Assembly (NCBI GenBank): GCA_964626755.1
Contig: CAZVGO010000028.1
Span: forward strand, 28,702 to 92,701
Reading direction: 5' to 3'
DNA length: 64,000 nt
From: an uncultured Anaerolineaceae bacterium
GTDB taxonomy: Bacteria > Chloroflexota > Limnocylindria > Limnocylindrales > CSP1-4
Positions within the stretch are counted from its first letter, which is position 1. Each line of letters opens with the position of its first letter. The translations under genes were made by a program, and so were the position numbers. Shown here one piece after another: positions 28,902 through 36,673 of the stretch. The notes under the pieces are model-generated. The model had not been told where the DNA came from. It did no database searches and was given only the letters and a program-made list of their open reading frames with translations.

Positions 28902-30566
28902 ATGCCCGAATCCCTCCTCGTCCCGGTGCCGCTCGCGCGGGGCCGGCGCGGCGCCGTCGTCGCTCCCCATCACCTCGCGACCGCTGCCGGCCTCGAGATC
29001 CTTGCCGCCGGCGGCTCGGCCGTCGACGCGGCGATCGCGACGAACGCCGTCCTCGGCGTCGTCATGCCGAGCGGCTGCGGGATTGGCGGGGATGCGTTCT
29101 GGCTCCTCTGGGACGCGGCGTCCCGTCGCCAGCACGCCTTGAACGGGTCCGGCCGAGCCGCCGCCGCGGCCGACGCCGGGCGGCTTCGCGAGCAGGGGCT
29201 GCGTACGCTCCCGCTACACGGGGGCCTGTCGATCTCGGTTCCCGGTGCGGTTCGATCGTGGGGAGACGCGCACGCCCGCTTCGGGCGGCTGTCACGGGCG
29301 GTCATCCTCGGCCGGGCGATCGAGCTCGCGGACGGCGGTTTCCCGGCAACCAACTCGTTCATCAGGGCGGTTGAGCGGACGGCGGAGATCGTCGCGCGGG
29401 ACATCGGCCCGGACTCCGGTTTCGAGCGGGTCTACCGGCCGCACGGCTGCGCCTGGCGTCCCGGCGAGCTCATCCGGCTGCCGGCCCTCGCCGCCACGCT
29501 GCGCCTGCTCGCGGAGGACGGCTTCGAGGCGTTCTACACGGGCGACCTCGCCGAACGCCAGGCTCGCGCCCTCGCCGCGGCCGGCTCGGAGATCACCGCC
29601 GCGGACCTCGAGGCGCACGAGTCCACGTGGACGAACCCGATCTCGACCACGTACCGCGGGGTCCGCATCACGACCCACCCGCCGAACAGCTCCGGTCTCG
29701 TCGCCCTCGAGCTGCTCAACATCCTCGAGAAGTTCGATCCGCCGGCCGCGGCGGTCTTCGCCGCCGGACGCGGCGCTGATGCCCGCTGGGTCCACCTCGG
29801 GATCGAGGCGTCGAAGCTCGCGATGGCGGATCGGGATGCCCACCTGACCGATCCGGACTTCCACGTGATCCCGATCGACCGGCTCCTCGACAAGGCATAT
29901 GCGGCGGAGCTCGCCGGGCAGATCGACCCGGCCCGGGCCGCGCGCCCCCCGGCCGCGACGGCGCCCAGAGGCGGCGGCACGATCTATCTCGCGGTGGTCG
30001 ATGGGGAGGGCAACGCGATCAGCCTGATCGAGTCGAACTACATGGGCTTCGGGTCCGGGATCGTCGACCCAGATACCGGGATCCACTACCAGAACCGGGG
30101 CTCGTACTTCAGCCTCGATCCCGACCACCCCAACGTCCTTGCCCCGGGCAAGCGGACCCTCCACACCCTGATGCCAGGGATGCTCTTCCGGGACGACGCT
30201 GCGCCGTGGGTCGTGGCCGGGTCGATGGGCGGCGACGCGCAGCCCCAGATCCATGCCCAGCTCGTCTCGTGCCTCGTCGACGGCGGCGTGGACGTCGGCG
30301 CCGGCGTGGCCTCGCCGCGCTGGTACGTCCAGTCGGACGCGCACTTCGCTCCGCCGGTCGAGGTCCGGGCCGAGCCGCGCTTCGCCCCGGGCGTGCTCGA
30401 GGAGCTGGAGGCGATGGGCCACCCGGTGACCCGGACCGAGCCCTTCGACAGCTGGCTCGGCCACTGCCACGCGATCGAGCTGGTGAGCGGCGGACCGGGC
30501 GCCAGGGACGGCTCGCTGGCCGCGGCGACGGACCCCCGGAGCGACGGACGGCCCGCCATGCGTTGA
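28902..30566 (+). CDS. ggt: Gamma-glutamyltransferase family Ntn hydrolase
   Basis: GGSAVDAAIA, GIGGDAF, GGTIYLAVVD (Thr nucleophile), PGKRTLHTL and MGGDAQPQ motifs. Confidence 0.93.
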   Translation: MPESLLVPVPLARGRRGAVVAPHHLATAAGLEILAAGGSAVDAAIATNAVLGVVMPSGCGIGGDAFWLLWDAASRRQHALNGSGRAAAAADAGRLREQGLRTLPLHGGLSISVPGAVRSWGDAHARFGRLSRAVILGRAIELADGGFPATNSFIRAVERTAEIVARDIGPDSGFERVYRPHGCAWRPGELIRLPALAATLRLLAEDGFEAFYTGDLAERQARALAAAGSEITAADLEAHESTWTNPISTTYRGVRITTHPPNSSGLVALELLNILEKFDPPAAAVFAAGRGADARWVHLGIEASKLAMADRDAHLTDPDFHVIPIDRLLDKAYAAELAGQIDPARAARPPAATAPRGGGTIYLAVVDGEGNAISLIESNYMGFGSGIVDPDTGIHYQNRGSYFSLDPDHPNVLAPGKRTLHTLMPGMLFRDDAAPWVVAGSMGGDAQPQIHAQLVSCLVDGGVDVGAGVASPRWYVQSDAHFAPPVEVRAEPRFAPGVLEELEAMGHPVTRTEPFDSWLGHCHAIELVSGGPGARDGSLAAATDPRSDGRPAMR

Positions 30567-30672
30567 CGGCAGGGCTGGCTATACTCCTCCGTGCCGGTGG
30601 CAGGCTGCGCTCACACGAGGCCGCCACCGGTCTCCATGCCGGCGAGGCGGGAGGGCGCAGGCGGAGGGCGGC

Positions 30673-30945
30673 GTGACCTCGAACGTCGGGCAGAACTACC
30701 CGTACACGAGCGAGACCGAGTCGGACCGCGCCGCGACGGTCGCCCGCCTCGTGGCCGCCCGCGAGGGGCTCGCCACCACGATCTCCGCCGAAACGACGCC
30801 GCTCGACCCCCACGACCGTTGGTGGGTCTGGAAGTGCCCGACGAAGGGATGCCCGGGCCTCCTCCACGCGGCCGGCTACGCCCGCGACCTCCATGCCATG
30901 TGGGTCGTGTGCGACGGGACGTGCGCAAAGACGTTCCTGCGCTAA
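30673..30945 (+). CDS. Small Cys-rich hypothetical protein
   Basis: 90 aa with WKCPTKGC...VCDGTC and a GGAGG SD upstream. Confidence 0.7.
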   Translation: MTSNVGQNYPYTSETESDRAATVARLVAAREGLATTISAETTPLDPHDRWWVWKCPTKGCPGLLHAAGYARDLHAMWVVCDGTCAKTFLR

Positions 30946-30961
30946 GAGCGCGGGGCGCCGG

Positions 30962-31759
30962 ATGACCGACCCCGGACTCTCCGCCCACCGCCGCCAGCTC
31001 GTCGTCGACGGCATCGGGATCATCGTCACCGCGGCGGGCTTCGGGTTCGTGTACGGGGTGGCCGCCGGCGCGGCGGGCTTCACGCTCCTCGACGCGAGCG
31101 CGATGAGTGTCATCGTCTTCGGGGGGGCCGCCCAGTTCGCCGCCATCGGCTACGTCGCCGGCGGATTCTCGTGGCTCGGGATCGTCCTGCTGACCGCGTT
31201 CCTCAACGCGCGGCATGTCCTCTACTCCGCTGCGCTCGCCCCGTGGCTCGCCGACCGCCGCCTCGCCGAGCGGGCAGTCATGGCCCACCTCCTGACCGAC
31301 GAGGCATTCGCGCTGTCGATCACCCACTTCCGGCGCGTCGGGCGGGCCGACACGTGGGGCTACTGGTTCGCCGCGATCGGGGCGACGTTCATTCCGTGGA
31401 ACCTCGCGACGATCGCCGGGGTGCTCGTCGGCGGCGCGATTCCGGACCCGTCGCGATTCGGGCTGGGCGTCGTCTTCCCCGCGGCGATGGCCGGGCTCGC
31501 CGTCGGCCTGGCGACGGGCCGGCGCGAGATTGTCGCGGCGGTCGTCGGCGCGGTCCTCGGCGTCGCGATCTCGCTCGCCTGGGACCCGGCCATCGGGATC
31601 ATCGCCGGCGGGTTGGGCGGACCGCTCGTGGCCCTGGCGCTGCCCGGCGCGCCGATGCGGGAGCGCTATCCCGGCGATCCGGTCCCGCTCGGTGTGGCCC
31701 ACCCGGAACGGCTGATCGACGAGGGCGGGCTCGAGGGCCCGACGGATCGGCGGCCGTGA
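30962..31759 (+). CDS. azlC: AzlC family branched-chain amino acid exporter
   Basis: VFGGAAQFAA, FLNARHVLYS and LLTDEAFA motifs. Confidence 0.9.
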   Translation: MTDPGLSAHRRQLVVDGIGIIVTAAGFGFVYGVAAGAAGFTLLDASAMSVIVFGGAAQFAAIGYVAGGFSWLGIVLLTAFLNARHVLYSAALAPWLADRRLAERAVMAHLLTDEAFALSITHFRRVGRADTWGYWFAAIGATFIPWNLATIAGVLVGGAIPDPSRFGLGVVFPAAMAGLAVGLATGRREIVAAVVGAVLGVAISLAWDPAIGIIAGGLGGPLVALALPGAPMRERYPGDPVPLGVAHPERLIDEGGLEGPTDRRP

Positions 31760-32094
31760 GCCTCGTCCCGCTCGCGTTCCTCATGGCGCTCGTGACGTAT
31801 CCGTCGCGCGCGCTGCCGCTGCTGCTCGTCCGGTCGGCGCGCTTCCCCGCCCCGCTGCTCGCCTACCTGCGACTCGTCGGCCCGGCCGTGCTCGCTGCGC
31901 TTGCCGCGGTCAATACCGTGGTCGTCGTCGAGACGGCGGCCGATGGCGGGCGTATCGCGTCATTCCATGTCGGAGTCGAGTGGATCGCGGTGCTCGTGTG
32001 TCTCGCCCTCGTCGCCTGGCGAAAGAACCTGTTCCTCGGCATCGCGGCCGCGGTCGCGATCGTCGCGCTGGCACGCGCGGCGGGAATCGGTTAG
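31756..32094 (+). CDS. azlD: AzlD family protein
   Basis: MALVTYPSRALPL..YLRLVGPAVLAAL, with a GTGA overlap on azlC. Confidence 0.82.
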   Translation: MSLVPLAFLMALVTYPSRALPLLLVRSARFPAPLLAYLRLVGPAVLAALAAVNTVVVVETAADGGRIASFHVGVEWIAVLVCLALVAWRKNLFLGIAAAVAIVALARAAGIG

Positions 32095-32480
32095 CCGCGG
32101 CTGGCCTCGGCCTCGATCTCGACGAGCAACGACGGATCCATCAACGCCGACACCTCGACCATCGTCGCGGCCGGGCGGATCGCCCCGAAGACCTCGCCGT
32201 GGACCGCGCTGATCGCGGCCGATGAGCCGGCGATGTCGACGACGAACATCCGCGTCCGGACGACGTCGGCGAGCGAGAAGCCGCCCTCCTCGAGGGCGCG
32301 GCCGATGATCTCGAACACGGCCCACGCCTGGCCCGCGGCGTCGCCCGGGTGCCGCGAGCGCCCGTCCGGTCCCGCGTCCGTCGTGCCCGCGACCCAGCAC
32401 GAATCGCCGACGACGACCGCGCGGCTGTAGCCGGCGACCGATTCCCACGGGCCGCCCGACGAGACGAGCCGCCGGCTCAC
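32091..32480 (-). CDS. RidA/YjgF family protein
   Basis: WESVAGYSRAV, DVVRTRMF and LLVEIEAEA motifs. Confidence 0.92.
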   Translation of the reverse strand: MSRRLVSSGGPWESVAGYSRAVVVGDSCWVAGTTDAGPDGRSRHPGDAAGQAWAVFEIIGRALEEGGFSLADVVRTRMFVVDIAGSSAAISAVHGEVFGAIRPAATMVEVSALMDPSLLVEIEAEASRG

Positions 32481-32502
32481 CGCGGGACCGCTCACCGCCG
32501 TG

Positions 32503-33723
32503 TCACCGGCGCCAACCGGCGACGACCGGGTCGCGCGCGATCGCCACGAGGAGCCCGGCGAGGAGCGTCGTCCGGGGCACGATCGAATCGACCTCGAGGT
32601 ACTCCGCCGGCGAGTGGTCGTTGCCGCCGATCGGGCCGAGCCCGTCGATGGTGGGCACGCCGAGGCCCGCGGTCGTATTTGCATCCGACGCGCCCCCGGT
32701 GAGCGTGTCGCGCACTTCGAACCCGAGCCGCTTCGCCACGGCCTGGACATGCTCGACGAGCCGCCCGGACCGCTCGAGCTTCTCCATCGGCCAGTGGCGG
32801 CCCATCTGTTCAGCGTCGACCCGCGTGTCCGGCACGGTCGTCGACGCGGCCAGCTCGCGGATCGCTGCCTCGGCGGCCTCGAGGTCCGCCCGCGCGACCG
32901 CCCGGACGTCGACCTCGAGCGTGCACCGCTCCGGCACGACGTTCGGTCGCGTCCCGCCGCTGATCACGCCCGGATTCACCGTGACCTCCGGCCAGCGCCC
33001 GTTGAGCGCCTGGAGCGCGGCCACGAGCCGGGCCGCCTCAACGATCGCGTTGCGGCCCTTCTCCGGCTCGACGCCGGCGTGGGCCGCGCGGCCGTGGACG
33101 GTGAGGCGCAGGTCGAGGATCCCCTTGCGGGCGGACACGATGTCGCCGTTGGCGCGGGCACATTCGAGGACGAGGCAGGCGTCGGCGTTCGCGGTGAGCG
33201 CCCGGATGTGGGGGCTCGAGCTCGGCGAACCAATCTCCTCGTCCGGGTTGGCGACGAACACGAGCCGCTCGAACGGCAGACCGCCGAGCGTGCCGCGAAC
33301 CGCCTGGATCGCGTAGAGCCCTGCGAGCAGGCCGGACTTCATGTCCGTGACGCCCGGCCCGTACGCCCGGCCGCCCTCGATCCGGAACGGCCGCTCGGCC
33401 GCCGTGCCCTCGTCGAACACCGTGTCGAGATGGCCGATGAGGAGGAGCCGCGGTCCGGCCCCCGCCCCCTCGAACGTCCCGACGACCGTCTCGCCGAGCG
33501 TGTCGTGGGCCCGCTGCTCGACCTTGGCACCCATGCGCTCGAGAAACTCGGCCGTCCACTGCCCGACCGCATCGACGCCCGCCTTCGAATAGCTGCCGCA
33601 GTCCGTGTTGACGAGGCGCTCGAGATCGGCGAGGTAGGACGGGAGCGCCTGTTCGACGCGTTCGCGGAGCGCCTCGAGATCAGCCTGCTCGACTCCGCCA
33701 CCGGGCTCCGCGGCCGTCTTCAT
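32503..33723 (-). CDS. M20 family metallopeptidase (carboxypeptidase G2-like)
   Basis: LIGHLDTVF, GPGVTDMKSG, NPDEEIGS, VHGRAAHAG and GGASDAN motifs. Confidence 0.92.
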   Translation of the reverse strand: MKTAAEPGGGVEQADLEALRERVEQALPSYLADLERLVNTDCGSYSKAGVDAVGQWTAEFLERMGAKVEQRAHDTLGETVVGTFEGAGAGPRLLLIGHLDTVFDEGTAAERPFRIEGGRAYGPGVTDMKSGLLAGLYAIQAVRGTLGGLPFERLVFVANPDEEIGSPSSSPHIRALTANADACLVLECARANGDIVSARKGILDLRLTVHGRAAHAGVEPEKGRNAIVEAARLVAALQALNGRWPEVTVNPGVISGGTRPNVVPERCTLEVDVRAVARADLEAAEAAIRELAASTTVPDTRVDAEQMGRHWPMEKLERSGRLVEHVQAVAKRLGFEVRDTLTGGASDANTTAGLGVPTIDGLGPIGGNDHSPAEYLEVDSIVPRTTLLAGLLVAIARDPVVAGWRR

Positions 33724-33762
33724 CGGGGCAGTCTATCGAGACGTTGGTATCCTGCGCGAACC

Positions 33763-35511
33763 GTGCGCCTCGTCGAGATCCGCCTGCTCGATGGCCCGAA
33801 CGTCTACCGGCTCGAGCCGGTGGTGAAGGTCGAGCTCGGCATCGGGCGGCGGCGAAGCTGGTACGGCAAGCGTATCCCGGCCCGCCACGCCCTCGTCGCG
33901 CTCGGGGCGACCGTCCCGGCCGGCGACTGGCCGGATGGCGTCGCCGCGGTCGTGGCCTGGATCCGCCGGCTTCGAGCGGACCACGGCGAGGGCACCGGCG
34001 GTGGCAGGGTCCACCGGTCGTCCGATCCCGGCCACTGGATCATCACCTGGCCGTGGACGGGCGCCGAGCGGGCACGAACGATCGCCGAGGCGGCCTTTGC
34101 GCTCGCGGAGCGGAACACCTCGCCGCTCCGCAAGGATGAGCTCACGCCCGGGCAGACGCGGGCCCTCGAGGGGTGGACGCGGCGGATCGAGGCCGCGGGC
34201 GCGACCCCGCCGTCCTGGATTCGCGACACCGATCGGCATGTCCCGATCGTCTCGATCAGCGGCACGAACGGCAAGAGCACGGTCACCCGCCTGATCACGC
34301 ACATCCTCCTGCTCGCCGGCCGGCACGTCGGAACGACGACCTCCGACGGTGTCCTCGTCGACGAGCGGATGGTCGACCCGGGCGACTGGACGGGGCCGGC
34401 GGGCGCCGCCCAGATCCTCGAGCGGAGCGACATCGACGTCGCGGTGCTCGAGACCGCGCGGGGCGGGATCGTCCTGCGCGGGGTCGGCTACGAGTCGAAC
34501 GACGCGAGCGTCCTGACGAACGTCTCGTCCGACCATCTCGATCTCCAGGGAATCCACACCCTGCCCGAGCTTGCCGAGGTGAAGTCGGTCATCAACCGGA
34601 TCACGAAGCCGTCCGGCTGGGTGATCCTCAACGGCGACGACCCGTTCGTCGCGGCGGTCGGGCGGCGGGTGCGGTCGAAGCTTGCCTACTTCTCGCTCGA
34701 CGGGAAAGCGTCGGTCGTCCGTCGCCACGTCGCGTCCGGCGGCCGCGCCTACCTCCTCGAGGACGGCGACATCGTCGAGGCCGAGGGCGAGCGGCGCTCG
34801 ACGATCATCGCCGCGGCGGATGTCCCGATCACGATCGCCGGGCTCGCCCGCCACAACGTCGCAAATGCGCTGGCCGCTGCCGGCGCGGCACGAGGGCTCG
34901 GGGCGACGCTTGCCCAGGTCCGCGATGGGCTCCGCGACTTCCGCCCGTCGTCGGAGCGCTCGCCGGGCCGGCTCAACCTGTTCCGGGTCGGCTCGAAGGT
35001 CGTGATCGTCGACTTCGCCCACAACGAGGCGGGCATTGGGGCCATCCTCGACGTGGCCGAGGGAATCGCGGCCGGCGGGGCCGGGCGGACGGCGCCGATC
35101 ACGGCGATCATCGGGACGGCGGGCGACCGGCCGGACGACACGCTGCGGGGCATCGGCCGGGTCGCCGGAAAGCGGGCCCAGCGTGTCGTGATCAAGGAGA
35201 CGCTCAAGTACCTCCGCGGCCGGACGCGGGAGTCGATGATCGGCGAGCTGCTGGCCGGAGTCCGAGCCGCGGGTCGCTCCACCTCCGACATCGCCATCTA
35301 CGAATCGGAGACGGAGGCACTCCGCGCGGAGGTGACCCTCAACGGCGCACCGGCCGGCGGGTCCGACGCGGGCCGGGTGATCGTCATCATGTGCCACGAG
35401 GAGCGCGAGGAGGTCTTCAAGCTCCTCGAGACGCTGGGCGCGCGGCCGGTCGATGTCGTCTCAGAGCTGACCGAGCTCATCCCGCGCCTCCAGGGCCGCC
35501 CGCGCGGCTAA
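33763..35511 (+). CDS. Cyanophycin synthetase-like protein with N domain and Mur-ligase domain but no ATP-grasp domain
   Basis: VEIRLLDGPNVY N-domain start, then ISGTNGKSTVTR, AVLETARGGI, TNVSSDHL, HNVANALAA, PGRLNL and VDFAHN, all collinear with the CphA C-terminal half. It is 582 aa long. Confidence 0.85.
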   Translation: MRLVEIRLLDGPNVYRLEPVVKVELGIGRRRSWYGKRIPARHALVALGATVPAGDWPDGVAAVVAWIRRLRADHGEGTGGGRVHRSSDPGHWIITWPWTGAERARTIAEAAFALAERNTSPLRKDELTPGQTRALEGWTRRIEAAGATPPSWIRDTDRHVPIVSISGTNGKSTVTRLITHILLLAGRHVGTTTSDGVLVDERMVDPGDWTGPAGAAQILERSDIDVAVLETARGGIVLRGVGYESNDASVLTNVSSDHLDLQGIHTLPELAEVKSVINRITKPSGWVILNGDDPFVAAVGRRVRSKLAYFSLDGKASVVRRHVASGGRAYLLEDGDIVEAEGERRSTIIAAADVPITIAGLARHNVANALAAAGAARGLGATLAQVRDGLRDFRPSSERSPGRLNLFRVGSKVVIVDFAHNEAGIGAILDVAEGIAAGGAGRTAPITAIIGTAGDRPDDTLRGIGRVAGKRAQRVVIKETLKYLRGRTRESMIGELLAGVRAAGRSTSDIAIYESETEALRAEVTLNGAPAGGSDAGRVIVIMCHEEREEVFKLLETLGARPVDVVSELTELIPRLQGRPRG

Positions 35512-35546
35512 GGCGCCTCTTCCAGGCCGTCCGCCAGGCGGGAGTA

Positions 35547-36503
35547 TCAGCGGGCGCGGCGGAGGGCGACGAGCGAGAGCATCTCGTAGGCAAGGTTCGC
35601 GGCGAGCGTCGCCGTCTGCCCGGCCGGGTCGTAGGCGGGGATCACCTCGACGACGTCGAAGCCGAGGAAGTCGATCCCGGTGAGGCCGCGCAGGACGACG
35701 AGCATGTCGTGGGCCGACGGACCGCCCGCCTCGGGCGTGCCCGTGCCGGGTGCGAAGGCCGGGTCGACGACGTCGATGTCGAAGCTGATGAACGCCTTCT
35801 TCTTGCCGACCCGCTTCCGAATTCGCTCGGCGGTCTTCTCCGGCCCGAGGTCGAAGACCTCCTCCGTCGTGATGTATTCGAGGCCCAGCTCGTCGCGGAG
35901 CCCGGTCCAGTCGTCCTTTTCGTAGAGCCCGCCACGTAGCCCCACCTCGATCGAGTGGGCGACGTCGACAAGGCCTTCCTCGATCGCGCGGCGCATCCAC
36001 GTCCCGTGGTTGTACTTCTCGCCGAAGTAGCTGTCCCAGGCGTCCGTGTGGGAGTCGAAGTCGATCACGGCGACGGGGCCACGCGACTTCGTCGCACGGA
36101 GATGGGGCAGCGTGCAGGCGTGGTCGCCGCCGATGAGGAGCGGCACGACGCCGGCCCCGACGATCGGGGCGACTGCCTTCTCGATCGCCTCGTAGCTCCG
36201 CTCGATGTAGCCGGGCACGATCGCCACGTCCCCGTAGTCGACGCACGACAGGACGTCGAACGGCTTGACGTCGAGGTTCGTGTTGTACGGGCGGAGCATG
36301 ACGCTCGCGGTTCGCACCGCGGCCGGCCCGAACCGTCCGCCGACGCGGTACGTGACGCCGGTGTCGAACGGCACGCCGACGATCGCGACGTCGACTTCCT
36401 CGAGCGTCCGGACGTGGGGCAGGCGAGCGAACGTGGTCGGCCCCGTGAACCGGGGCGAGGCGAGCGAGTTTTCGGGAACGTAACGCGGCTTCGAACGCGG
36501 CAA
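35547..36503 (-). CDS. speB: Agmatinase-like ureohydrolase
   Basis: GVPFDTG, GRFGPAAVR, GGDHAC, DFDSHTD and SFDIDVVDP motifs. TTG start at 36503 with a GGAGGAGG SD. Confidence 0.9.
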   Translation of the reverse strand: MPRSKPRYVPENSLASPRFTGPTTFARLPHVRTLEEVDVAIVGVPFDTGVTYRVGGRFGPAAVRTASVMLRPYNTNLDVKPFDVLSCVDYGDVAIVPGYIERSYEAIEKAVAPIVGAGVVPLLIGGDHACTLPHLRATKSRGPVAVIDFDSHTDAWDSYFGEKYNHGTWMRRAIEEGLVDVAHSIEVGLRGGLYEKDDWTGLRDELGLEYITTEEVFDLGPEKTAERIRKRVGKKKAFISFDIDVVDPAFAPGTGTPEAGGPSAHDMLVVLRGLTGIDFLGFDVVEVIPAYDPAGQTATLAANLAYEMLSLVALRRAR

Positions 36504-36515
36504 GGTCGCCTCCTC

Positions 36516-36653
36516 CCCAATTGTCACCCGGGGACCGCCAAACAGGTTCCCAGGGGCGATTCGCGGCGATCGTAGTCAGGAACGGCTATGGGGTGGCCGC
36601 TTCTGGCGTTCGATCCTGGCTAGCGGTCCTGGCATGAAGGATAGGCAAGTTGC
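36516..36653. repeat. Second repeat family, copy between cphA and speB
   Basis: CCCAATTGTCACCCGGGGACCGCCAAA resembles 59035 CCCAACTCTCACCCCGGACCGCAAA. An inverted GGCAAGTTG lies at about 36644-36652. Confidence 0.5.
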
Positions 36654-36673
36654 GGAGCGCCGCCGAGACCGGA

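Noticed and set aside
32500-33762. The 1003-aa ORF as one protein
   Set aside because: The first 421 codons are antisense to the M20 peptidase, and CphA-like sequence begins only at GTG 33763.
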